Source of the DNA: an uncultured Pelagibacteraceae bacterium | Lineage (GTDB): Bacteria > Pseudomonadota > Alphaproteobacteria > Pelagibacterales > Pelagibacteraceae | DNA length: 60,155 bases | NCBI GenBank assembly: GCA_902553695.1 | Contig: CACDLR010000001.1 | Coordinates: forward strand, 1 to 60,155 | Direction: 5' to 3' | Shown: positions 18,948 through 28,386 of the stretch, in pieces | Position numbering within the stretch: the stretch's first letter is position 1 | Layout of the letters: every line of letters begins with the position of its first letter | The notes under the pieces: generated by a model | Told to the model about the DNA's origin: nothing | The model's input: the letters and a program-made list of their open reading frames with translations, nothing else | Database searches by the model: none | Made by a program: the position numbers and the translations under genes

Positions 18948-20477
18948 TTATTCTACCTTATTAAAAAGAATATTTATTTTATTTATTTTCATTCCATTCT
19001 CGAGATATTGATTATTTTTAATTGTATCAACTTTTATTTTCTTTTCGTTAATATTAAATATATTAAGTACTTTTAATGAGCTATATGGTATCACTGGGTA
19101 TAATAATATAGCAATCTTTCGGATAAGCTCTAAAGAAGTATATATTATTGTATTAAGTCTTTTAAAGTCATTCTTTTTTTTCCATGGTTCTTGATCATTA
19201 AAATATTTATTAGCTAAAAACATTTGATCAACAATAAAATTCATATATGAATTAATATTTTGATTATCGATATAATCCATTAACTTGTCATAATTATTTG
19301 AAAAATTGTTTAAAATATTCAGATCATCGTCTAAAAAATTTACTTTATTTGGTACAGTTAATGATAGATTTTTTTCTGTAAAAGTTAAAACTCTTTGACA
19401 TAAATTTCCAAAGTTATTTGCTAAATCACTATTAATACAAGAAATGAGTTTATCCTTAGAAATGTTGCCATCATTACCAAAAGACACTTCTTTTAACAAA
19501 TAATATCTTAAAGGATCTAGTCCATATTCGTTTATGATCTCAAGTGGATCTAAGATATTTCCTTTTGATTTAGACATTTTTTCATCTCCAGATAAAATCC
19601 ATCCATGTCCGTAGATTCTCTTTGGAAGAGGTAAATCCGCTGCTAATAGAAAAGCAGGCCAATAAACAGCATGAAATCTTAATATATCCTTACCTATCAG
19701 ATGTAAATCGGCAGGCCAAAAGTTTTTGTATAAACTATTTTTAGTGTCAGGATAGTTTAAAGCACTCATATAGTTCGTTAAAGCATCTAACCATACATAA
19801 ATTACATGATCATTATTTGTTGGTACTTTAATTCCCCATGAAAATGATTTTCTGCTAACTGATAAATCTTTTAATCCCGATTTTACAAAGCTTACTACCT
19901 CATTTTTTCTAGATTTTGGCAAAATAAATTTTTTGTTATTTTCATATAATTCAAGAAGTTTATCCTCCCACTTAGAAAGCTTAAAAAAATAAGATTCTTC
20001 CTCTATCCATTCTACAGATGAACCAGATAATTTTGCTACCTTTGAGCCGTTTTTTTCTTCTATGTCGTCTTCTAAATAAAAAGCCTCATCAGAAATTGAA
20101 TACCAGCCTGAATACTTTGAAAGATAAATTTCACCTTTTTTTTCTAATATATTCCACAAATTTTGAACAGATTTATGATGCCTTTTTTCAGTTGTTCTAA
20201 TAAAATCCGTATTTGATAGGTTAAGTGTTTCAGATAAATCTTTAAATGTTTTGCTTATTTCATTACAAAAATCTAAAGGATCTTGATTTTTACCCTCTGC
20301 AGCTTTTTGTATTTTCAGACCATGTTCATCGGTTCCGGTTAAATAAAAAACGTTATAACCATCAATTCTTTTAAATCTTGCAAAAAAATCTGCAACAATA
20401 CTCGAGTATGCGTGACCCATATGAGGCTTGGCAGAAGGATAGTAGATCGGTGTTGTTATATAATAATTTTTACTCAT
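18948..20477 (-). CDS. metG: Methionine-tRNA ligase
   Basis: YITTPIYY, HMGH, YVWLDAL, KMSKS. Confidence 0.97.
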   Translation of the reverse strand: MSKNYYITTPIYYPSAKPHMGHAYSSIVADFFARFKRIDGYNVFYLTGTDEHGLKIQKAAEGKNQDPLDFCNEISKTFKDLSETLNLSNTDFIRTTEKRHHKSVQNLWNILEKKGEIYLSKYSGWYSISDEAFYLEDDIEEKNGSKVAKLSGSSVEWIEEESYFFKLSKWEDKLLELYENNKKFILPKSRKNEVVSFVKSGLKDLSVSRKSFSWGIKVPTNNDHVIYVWLDALTNYMSALNYPDTKNSLYKNFWPADLHLIGKDILRFHAVYWPAFLLAADLPLPKRIYGHGWILSGDEKMSKSKGNILDPLEIINEYGLDPLRYYLLKEVSFGNDGNISKDKLISCINSDLANNFGNLCQRVLTFTEKNLSLTVPNKVNFLDDDLNILNNFSNNYDKLMDYIDNQNINSYMNFIVDQMFLANKYFNDQEPWKKKNDFKRLNTIIYTSLELIRKIAILLYPVIPYSSLKVLNIFNINEKKIKVDTIKNNQYLENGMKINKINILFNKVE

Positions 20478-20489
20478 ATTTATTTAGAT

Positions 20490-21413
20490 TTAAATATTAA
20501 GATATTTATTCTCAAATTTAACAAAAAAACTGTCTAAATCTAAATTAAACTTAATAAATAAATTATTTTCTGCAACTATCTGTAAAAAATTATCATAATA
20601 TTTATAATCTTTTGTGGACGAGTACAATTTTGAAAAATAAATTTCAATATAATTTTGGAAATTATTTGTTACAAATGTGCTCTTTTTGTACGATTTATTA
20701 TCAATTATAAACTTAATAATACTTTTTATACCAGTAGATTTTAAATCAAGATTATTTTCTTGAGTAAAATTAATATGATTAATTAAAAACAAAGGGGAAA
20801 CTATCGATTTAAAGTCACTGTTCAATTGATCATATAAATTTGAATTAAAATATTGGGATATAATATTTTTATTTTCTGAATAATTAAAATTCAATTTATA
20901 AGTAATACATCTAGATTTAATAGTATCATAAATATTTTTATTTATATTTTGAGTAAGTATAAATAAATTCTGTTGACTTGACTCCTCCAAACTTTTAAGT
21001 AGAGCATTAGATGAATTAGCATTAAGATATTCAACACTATCAATCAAAATAATTTTTTTATTATTATCAAATGATGATTTGTTTAAAAAATTAATCATAT
21101 TTCTGATTTGTTCTATTTCAATATGTTTTTTATTTTCATGCTTTGAAATTAAATAAAAGTTGGGATGTGAAAGATTATTTACTAATTTATAAGATATACT
21201 TTCAGAGCTAATTTTATATTCATCTTTATTGTATTTTATTTTTTCATTTTTTGATAACAAATAGTTTATAAAATGAAATGAAAATGTACTTTTACCAATG
21301 CCCTCTTGGCCTGTTAAAAGTAATCTTGTTGGTAATTTATTATTTAAGTCTAAATTAATAAATTCATTGAATAGTTCATTATATGAAAATAATTTTAAAG
21401 AATAATTTAACAT
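20490..21413 (-). CDS. holB: DNA polymerase III delta' subunit
   Basis: GQEGIGKST, NALLKSLEE, TIKSRC; lies between tmk and metG. Confidence 0.88.
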   Translation of the reverse strand: MLNYSLKLFSYNELFNEFINLDLNNKLPTRLLLTGQEGIGKSTFSFHFINYLLSKNEKIKYNKDEYKISSESISYKLVNNLSHPNFYLISKHENKKHIEIEQIRNMINFLNKSSFDNNKKIILIDSVEYLNANSSNALLKSLEESSQQNLFILTQNINKNIYDTIKSRCITYKLNFNYSENKNIISQYFNSNLYDQLNSDFKSIVSPLFLINHINFTQENNLDLKSTGIKSIIKFIIDNKSYKKSTFVTNNFQNYIEIYFSKLYSSTKDYKYYDNFLQIVAENNLFIKFNLDLDSFFVKFENKYLNI

Positions 21414-22030
21414 TATTTTAATAGTTTAGTTATATGATTTAAAACTTTTTTTTTGTTTTCAATTAGTTTTTTATTTGAATCTATAATAACATAATTGGGC
21501 TTATTTTTAGATATTTTTAAAAAACCCCTTTGAACTTTTTGATAAAAATTTATTTTAAAATTATCATATCTATTTCTATTTTTTCTTAATTTAAGTCTTT
21601 TTTTTAAATTTGTCTTATTTACTATATTTATAAATACTAAAGTAGGTTTTATTTTTTTAAGTAATTCTTTATTTATATTAATAATTAATGATTTATTTAA
21701 TCCCATCCCATAGTGTTGATAAGCAATAGTTGAATCTATAAAACGGTCTAAAATAATTATTTTCTTATTATAATTATTTTTAATTACATTTTCGATATTC
21801 TCACTTCTTGCTGCAAAATAAAGCATTAAATCTGTAAATGGATTAAATATATTTTTTTTATTTAATATTAATTTTCGGATTTTTTCAGAATTTTTATTTC
21901 CACCTGGTTCTCTAATTTTAACAAATTTTATTTTTTTTTTGTTTAAAAAAATAGATACAAATTGTGCTAAAGTTGATTTTCCAGATCCCTCAATACCCTC
22001 AAAAACAATTAGAGGTTTTTTACTAGACAT
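21413..22030 (-). CDS. tmk: Thymidylate kinase
   Basis: FEGIEGSGKST, REPGG, DRFIDSTIAYQ. Confidence 0.96.
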   Translation of the reverse strand: MSSKKPLIVFEGIEGSGKSTLAQFVSIFLNKKKIKFVKIREPGGNKNSEKIRKLILNKKNIFNPFTDLMLYFAARSENIENVIKNNYNKKIIILDRFIDSTIAYQHYGMGLNKSLIININKELLKKIKPTLVFINIVNKTNLKKRLKLRKNRNRYDNFKINFYQKVQRGFLKISKNKPNYVIIDSNKKLIENKKKVLNHITKLLK

Positions 22031-23171
22031 CGCCCCATATTAAAAAATTAATTGATCTAATAAGTTTAGTAAATTTGTTAACTTCTTCAATATTTTCGGA
22101 TGCTAATAGATCATGTTTTTCTACTAATTCATCTTTGTAATATATTTTAACTAAACCAACAACTTGATTTTTTTTTATAGGAGCCTTAACAGGACCTTCG
22201 TATTCAAGTAACACTTTTAAATTTCTTAATCTTGCTTTTTGTATAGTCTTATAAATATTCGACTTAAAATGTGTCTTAAGAGTATTTTTTTTTCCTAACC
22301 ATACATCTAAATCTTTAAATGAATTATTTTCATTATAAATTTCAATCGTATCAAAATTTGTTAAGCCATAAGTCAAAAGCCTGGCTGATTGTTTAGATCT
22401 TGATGATTTTGAATTAAAACCGCTGCCTACTGCTATTAATCTCCTTCCTTTTCTAACAACAGATGAAGCTAATGAATATTTTTCTACAGCGAGGTAACCT
22501 GTTTTGATTCCATCGGCACCTATATTTCTATATAAAAGAGGATTTCTGTTTCCTTGTGTAATTGGATCACCGCCCGTTCTATCCCAAGTGAATTCTTTTT
22601 CTGCAAAATATTTATAAAATTCGGGAAAATTTCTAATTAAATAATCAGACATAATCAATATATCCCTCGCGGTAGAATAATTATCAGGGTCGTTTATACC
22701 TGAAGCATTAGAAAAATTTGTGTTATACATACCAATTTCCTGTGCTTTAGATGTCATCATTACAGCGAATTCCTCTTCAGAACCAGCAATCCCTTCTGCT
22801 AAAGTAACACATGCATCATTACCTGATGCAACTATTATACCTCTTAATAAATTTTCTACAGAAACTTCATCTCCAACCATAATAAACATAGATGAATATC
22901 CAGCATTAGCTAGTCTCCAAGCATTTTCAGAAACTAAAAACTTTTCATCTAAACTGAGTTGACCCTTTTTAATTAAATCAAATGCAACAATTGATGTCAT
23001 AATTTTTGTCATAGATGCAGGATATATCGACATATCTGCCTCTTTTTCATAGAGAATTTCTCCTGATAGATAGTCTTGTAATATTGCTGTTTTCGCATCT
23101 AAGTTAAATTCAGCTGTTTTAGATGTTGTTGTTATAAGTAAAATATAACAAATTAAAATTAATTTTCTCAT
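22023..23171 (-). CDS. dacA: D-Ala-D-Ala carboxypeptidase
   Basis: ASMTK, SGN and KTG motifs. Confidence 0.94.
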   Translation of the reverse strand: MRKLILICYILLITTTSKTAEFNLDAKTAILQDYLSGEILYEKEADMSIYPASMTKIMTSIVAFDLIKKGQLSLDEKFLVSENAWRLANAGYSSMFIMVGDEVSVENLLRGIIVASGNDACVTLAEGIAGSEEEFAVMMTSKAQEIGMYNTNFSNASGINDPDNYSTARDILIMSDYLIRNFPEFYKYFAEKEFTWDRTGGDPITQGNRNPLLYRNIGADGIKTGYLAVEKYSLASSVVRKGRRLIAVGSGFNSKSSRSKQSARLLTYGLTNFDTIEIYNENNSFKDLDVWLGKKNTLKTHFKSNIYKTIQKARLRNLKVLLEYEGPVKAPIKKNQVVGLVKIYYKDELVEKHDLLASENIEEVNKFTKLIRSINFLIWGDV

Positions 23172-23929
23172 AGCTTGATTAGTTCTAAATTTTCAAAATA
23201 TAAACTTTCCATTTTTTCAAAGTCTTTTTTTAAAGATTTTATAGATTTATAAGGACCAACAGATAATCGAAAATTATTCAAAGAAGTTTTTTCTATATTT
23301 ATTTTTTTTATATTAGTTTCAGACATAATCCTTTCTTTTACCAGTTTTGCTGAGTCTTCATAATAAAAATTAGCAATTTTAATTATATAATTAAACTTTT
23401 TTGTTGATTTTATGTCTTTTTTTTTAATTTCATTTGAAGAAGAAATATTAGTTATATTTACACCTTCCACAGGAGCCTTATCTGCAACATTTTTTTCCTC
23501 ATCGAAAGTTTTTGCTTTTCCAGCATAAAACACTGAATTTTGATCAACAGATTCTATAAGTATAAACGGTTCATCAAAATTCAAATCTATCTCAATCGCA
23601 ATTCTATTTGAAATAACAGAGTTATAAAAATTTGGATATTTTGATTTACTTTTAACAGTTGCAATAATAGATTTATTGTTAAGTTGATTAGTTATTTTAA
23701 CAGTTGTATCTTTTTTTAAATTTTTTTGAAATACAAGTAAATCTCTATCATTTAATTTTTTATTAACTATCTTTTCTTTAAACAATTCATCTGTATAAAT
23801 TAATGTAAATCCTTGATTTGAATATTTTGTAACGATCTTTGGATCTATTAATTTTTTGCTTCCAAAATTTTGATTTGCACAAGTCGTTACAAAAAAGAGA
23901 ATAAAAACGTAAAAATATTTATAACTCAT
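23168..23929 (-). CDS. RlpA-like lipoprotein with SPOR domain (degenerate DPBB)
   Basis: Lipobox-like TTC, TTVKITN..NNKSI, C-terminal SPOR (RLSVGPY); rlpA position upstream of dacA. Confidence 0.7.
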   Translation of the reverse strand: MSYKYFYVFILFFVTTCANQNFGSKKLIDPKIVTKYSNQGFTLIYTDELFKEKIVNKKLNDRDLLVFQKNLKKDTTVKITNQLNNKSIIATVKSKSKYPNFYNSVISNRIAIEIDLNFDEPFILIESVDQNSVFYAGKAKTFDEEKNVADKAPVEGVNITNISSSNEIKKKDIKSTKKFNYIIKIANFYYEDSAKLVKERIMSETNIKKINIEKTSLNNFRLSVGPYKSIKSLKKDFEKMESLYFENLELIKL

Positions 23930-24917
23930 TTCTAAATTTATCCTTTAAAGTACAAACTGCAAGTGCAAAACGAAGTGATCTGTTCCATTTTAATATTATT
24001 TCATAATTATCATAAATTAGATAAGCTGGTGTATATAGATTTGAGTTCTCAACAATTTCTTTGTCAGGTGTTATTATAGCAACTATTTGGTTATCATCAC
24101 CTAATTCATTTGAATAGTTTTTGATATATTTTTTATAAAAAGAAAGTTTTTTTTTATATTTTATATTTCTTGCCGAATAATTTAAATATTTTGTGGGAAT
24201 TTTTTCATCTAATACCACTTTTGAAAAACATTTATCTTTAGTGTTCCATCCCATTTTTGACAAATAATTAGCTGCAGATGCAAATGAGTCTTCAGCTGAT
24301 TTTAAATCAATTCGATTATCATTATTATAATCTATAGCGTTATTTAAAATAGTTGAAGGCATAAATTGAAAGTTTCCAAATGCACCGGCCCACGATCCAT
24401 ACAACTCATCAGCATTAATTTTTTTATCATCAATTAGCTTTAACGCTATAATTAATTCTTTTGTGAAAAATTCGCTTCTTCTTTTATCAAAACTTAGAGT
24501 AGCTAATGAAGAAAGTATATCCATTTTTCCAAGATATTTACCAAAATTTGTTTCTATACCCATTAGTGATAATAATAGCTCTTTTTCTACATTAAATTTC
24601 TTTTCAACTTGATTAATCAAGTATGTATTTTTTTTATATGTAAGCAACCCAACACTTACTTTTTTATTGTTCGCTCTTTTACCAATATATGTTGAAGTAT
24701 CTTCATAAAATTCAGGTTGGTATCTGTCGTATTCAATTACTTTAGGTAAAAATTTTAAATTTTTAATAATTAAAGATAGGGTTTCATCACTAACACCTTG
24801 TTTTATAGCATATTTCTTAAAATTAATTTTCCATTGGTCAAAATTTTCTGAATAGGCTGTTAACGGTAGCAACGTAAAATATAATATAAATAATAATTTA
24901 AATTTAATTTTTTTCAT
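23919..24917 (-). CDS. Lytic murein transglycosylase (MltB/SltB family)
   Basis: QPEF, GIETNFG, GSWAGAFGNFQFMPS, WNRS; start is 24917 or 24926. Confidence 0.92.
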   Translation of the reverse strand: MKKIKFKLLFILYFTLLPLTAYSENFDQWKINFKKYAIKQGVSDETLSLIIKNLKFLPKVIEYDRYQPEFYEDTSTYIGKRANNKKVSVGLLTYKKNTYLINQVEKKFNVEKELLLSLMGIETNFGKYLGKMDILSSLATLSFDKRRSEFFTKELIIALKLIDDKKINADELYGSWAGAFGNFQFMPSTILNNAIDYNNDNRIDLKSAEDSFASAANYLSKMGWNTKDKCFSKVVLDEKIPTKYLNYSARNIKYKKKLSFYKKYIKNYSNELGDDNQIVAIITPDKEIVENSNLYTPAYLIYDNYEIILKWNRSLRFALAVCTLKDKFRNEL

Positions 24918-25776
24918 ACAAATCAAACAAATATATTATTACAGCAACCCATATTAAAATGAAACCTATTAGCCTATATGTATCAAATGGTTCATTGTAT
25001 AGAAATAACCCCAAAATAAACTGAAAAGTTGGAGTAATAAAAAATAACATTCCTGATGGTCCTAAGCCGGCAAGGTGTACACCTTTTACAAAGAAAAATA
25101 GTGGAATCACAGTCATAGGGCCAGCAATAATTAAAAGGAACGATAATTTTATTGAGTTTATTCCAAAATCTAAATTTCCAGATTCGTATACTAAGTAAAA
25201 TCCAATTATTGCAAAAGGTAATATTACTAAAGACTCTATTAGTAGACCTAAATCTACATCTACATTAATTTTTTTTCTAAATACATTATAGAGCGCCCAA
25301 GAAAAACCAACTGTCAATCCTATCCAAGGAAAATTTTTATAAAAATAAAAAAGATATAAAATAGATAAATTAGTTAAAATTATTGAGAATACTCTTGGCT
25401 TATTTAAAATTTCTTTAAAAAATAAATAACCAAACAAAACACTAAGAATAGGCATAATAAAATAACCGAAACTTGCGTCAACAATTTGGTCAGTTGAAAC
25501 AGCATATATCCAAACAGACCAATTAATAAAAATCAAAAAACCAGTTATAGTTAAATAAAGAATATTTTTTTTACTTTTTAATATTTTTTTTATTTTATTC
25601 CATTTAGAAAGATAAATTGTTGTAATAACTAACATCACCACAGTCCAAATAACTCTATGTAATACAAGTTCAATACTTCCAACGAATGATACTGATCTGA
25701 AATAAATTACACCAATAACACCCCACCAAAATGATCCTAATATTATATATAGAATTCCCTTATTAAATGATGACAT
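24904..25776 (-). CDS. rarD: RarD family EamA transporter
   Basis: HRVIW, INWSVWIYAV, ASFGYFIMP, YNVFRK; start placed at MSSFNKG. Confidence 0.88.
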   Translation of the reverse strand: MSSFNKGILYIILGSFWWGVIGVIYFRSVSFVGSIELVLHRVIWTVVMLVITTIYLSKWNKIKKILKSKKNILYLTITGFLIFINWSVWIYAVSTDQIVDASFGYFIMPILSVLFGYLFFKEILNKPRVFSIILTNLSILYLFYFYKNFPWIGLTVGFSWALYNVFRKKINVDVDLGLLIESLVILPFAIIGFYLVYESGNLDFGINSIKLSFLLIIAGPMTVIPLFFFVKGVHLAGLGPSGMLFFITPTFQFILGLFLYNEPFDTYRLIGFILIWVAVIIYLFDLYEKN

Positions 25777-25946
25777 AGGTATATAGAAAAATTGCAATAA
25801 TTGCAGAGATATTACTATCATTTATCAATAAAAATTTACATCTTTTATTATTTAAAATAGATTTATTGATCATTAAAAAACATGATTATAAAGTGAAATT
25901 TATGAAAATAAATTACCTAGTATTGTATTTATAGGGGTTAAAAAAA

Positions 25947-26738
25947 TTGAAAAAAATCATAATCATTTACATTCTTCTTACATTTGCAGTTTCAGCTGAG
26001 GTTGTTACTACAGAGGGAAATTACAATTATACAGGTAATATAAGTGAAAATGAAGCATGCGCATTGGCAAAAGAAAGGGCTAAACTTAAAGCACTTGAAA
26101 AAGTAATAGGTCAAAAAATTTCTTCAGAAGAATTAGAAAATTGTTCAGAGGTCGATGGAAAAACATCATGCGAAAGAAATCAATTTTTTCTTAGCTCTTT
26201 TAATGGTGAAATTACGCAACTTAAGGAATTAGATAAAGAAATCATTACACAAAAAATTGAAAATTCAAATCAACAAAGCTATATATGTAAAATTAAAATT
26301 CAAACTGAAGTAAAAAAAACAACACAAACTTTAGATAATTCTTTTGATTTTAATGTGAAGTTAAATGAAAAAAATTTTAAACAAGGAGATGAACTAAAAT
26401 TAGAACTTTTACTTAATAAACCTATATTTCTAACTATTTTTCAAATATTGCCATATGAAACTAAAGACTATCAAGTGCATAAAATATTTCCAAATAAATT
26501 AGATCATAAAAATTTTCTAACAGATAAAATTATTTCACTTCCTAAAAAAGCAAAATATGAAATCTATTTTCCAGACAATCTTGATAAAAAGAGTGTCGAT
26601 GAATATTTGTTCTTGATTGGTTCTGAAAAAAAGATCGATTGGTTAGATAAATATACTAAAATTGAAGATTTAAAAAAAGCTTATATTAACGAAAAATTTA
26701 TAATATATAAGTATAAGGAGTATACAATTTATAAATAA
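25947..26738 (+). CDS. Secreted protein with LPP20/FlgT-N-like N-terminus and DUF4384-like C-terminus
   Basis: Signal peptide (AVSA), A..RAKLKALEKVIG helix, FKQGDEL...IFPN; TTG start. Confidence 0.6.
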   Translation: MKKIIIIYILLTFAVSAEVVTTEGNYNYTGNISENEACALAKERAKLKALEKVIGQKISSEELENCSEVDGKTSCERNQFFLSSFNGEITQLKELDKEIITQKIENSNQQSYICKIKIQTEVKKTTQTLDNSFDFNVKLNEKNFKQGDELKLELLLNKPIFLTIFQILPYETKDYQVHKIFPNKLDHKNFLTDKIISLPKKAKYEIYFPDNLDKKSVDEYLFLIGSEKKIDWLDKYTKIEDLKKAYINEKFIIYKYKEYTIYK

Positions 26739-28384
26739 TGAAAAAAATACATAAATTTTTTACAGCGCTAACATTTATATTTTTCATAAGTGTATTTTTT
26801 AATACCACGTCACACAGTCATGGATTTATGAGTGTTATTTCAATTTTCTCATCTGCGATGGCTACTGAACAAACTGCGGAAAAAGAAGTTATAAAAGAAT
26901 TAAAAATAAAAATTTATAATCTTGACTCTGAACCAAAGAAAAGATCTCTTCTACAATCAGATAAAAGCTTTATAAGAGATTTAAAAGATCAATTAAACGA
27001 ACTACAAAAGAAAACTTCAATTGATGAACTTAGAACTGAAATTGAAAAAGAAATTGAAGCACTTGGTGGAAAACCAATAACTAAGGTTACAGAAATTGAT
27101 CGTGATGAACAAATAGTTGCATTAAGAAAACAATTAGAGAACCTAAAAATAATTAAAGCTGAAACTGATGCTGCTAAAAACAAAAAAGAAACAGCTAAAC
27201 TTAAAGCGCTTAAAAAAGAAATAGAAGATAAAATTATAGCATTAGGAGAAGAACCAATTACAAAAAAAAATGAAATTAAAGCTGACCAAGAGCTTAAAGC
27301 CTTACAAAATCAATTAGCTGAACTAGAAGATCTTAAAAAAAATCAAGAAAAAGAGAAAAGACGTGACGCTATTAAAAAAGAAATAGAGGATCAAATTATT
27401 GCTCTTGGAGAAAACCCCATTACAAAAAAAAGTGAATTTTCTGAAGATGAAGAAATTGTTGCACTTGAAAACCAACTAAAAGAGATCAAAAAAAGAAAAG
27501 TTGAAGATTTAGAAAATAAAGTTGAAGAATTAAAAAAACTTCAAGCTGAAAAAGAAAAGAAAGAAAGACTAGATGCGCTTAAAAAAGAAATTGAAGATGA
27601 AATAATTGCATTGGGCGCAGATCCTGTTACTAAAAATCAAGAATTTGCTGAAGACAAAGATGTACAAGCTTTAGAAAAACAATTGGAACAATTAAAAATT
27701 GACGCAGAAAATAAAATTGCAGAAAAAAACTATGAACAAGACAGACAAAAAGTTATACAAGCTGTTAAGCAAGAAATATTAGAGCTTGGAGAAACTCCCA
27801 TATCTGAATTTGAAGTTAATAACGAAGATGATTTCATTAACGCGCTTAAAAACCAAGTTGAAAAGATAAAACAAATTAAAGCACAAGAAGAAAAGGAAAT
27901 TCAAGAGTCTATTCCTAATTGGTTTATAATGATGCCTAAAGCAACTGAAAAAGTAATTTATGTTAGAGGAACAGCAGTTGTTGATAATTTACAAGGTTCA
28001 ATAGATAGCGCTACTAATGCAGCATTAAGAGAGTTAGGTAAAAAACTCGAAACGAGACTAAATTCAAAAGTAGATGAAACAGTTAGACAAGCTGGTATAG
28101 GTGAAGATATATCTACAAAAACTGAAATCGATAGAGTATCAACATTAGTTGTTAAAGAAGTTACAATAAGCGGATATGAAATTGCTGCAACAAAAATGTT
28201 TCAAATGGACAATGGCAAGTATAGAAGTTTTATCTTATTAGAATATCCGGTAGCAAATTTGTATAAAGCCTTCATAAATAGAATTGAAAACTCTGATAAA
28301 ATAAAAGGTAATTTATCCGCTATTAAAGAAACAGATACATTTAAAGAGCTTGAATTTTATGTTTCTGAATTTACTGGTGCTTAA
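26738..28384 (+). CDS. Secreted helical-repeat protein with C-terminal LPP20-like domain
   Basis: N-terminal hydrophobic segment, six LG..P repeats, PNWF...YVRGTA...A...ALREL. Confidence 0.65.
   Translation: MKKIHKFFTALTFIFFISVFFNTTSHSHGFMSVISIFSSAMATEQTAEKEVIKELKIKIYNLDSEPKKRSLLQSDKSFIRDLKDQLNELQKKTSIDELRTEIEKEIEALGGKPITKVTEIDRDEQIVALRKQLENLKIIKAETDAAKNKKETAKLKALKKEIEDKIIALGEEPITKKNEIKADQELKALQNQLAELEDLKKNQEKEKRRDAIKKEIEDQIIALGENPITKKSEFSEDEEIVALENQLKEIKKRKVEDLENKVEELKKLQAEKEKKERLDALKKEIEDEIIALGADPVTKNQEFAEDKDVQALEKQLEQLKIDAENKIAEKNYEQDRQKVIQAVKQEILELGETPISEFEVNNEDDFINALKNQVEKIKQIKAQEEKEIQESIPNWFIMMPKATEKVIYVRGTAVVDNLQGSIDSATNAALRELGKKLETRLNSKVDETVRQAGIGEDISTKTEIDRVSTLVVKEVTISGYEIAATKMFQMDNGKYRSFILLEYPVANLYKAFINRIENSDKIKGNLSAIKETDTFKELEFYVSEFTGA
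26888..27870 (+). repeat. Six approximately 40-aa helix-turn-helix repeats (KKEIEDxIIALGxxPITK...ALxxQL)
   Basis: Visible in the translation; first and last copies are divergent. Confidence 0.85.
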
Positions 28385-28386
28385 TA

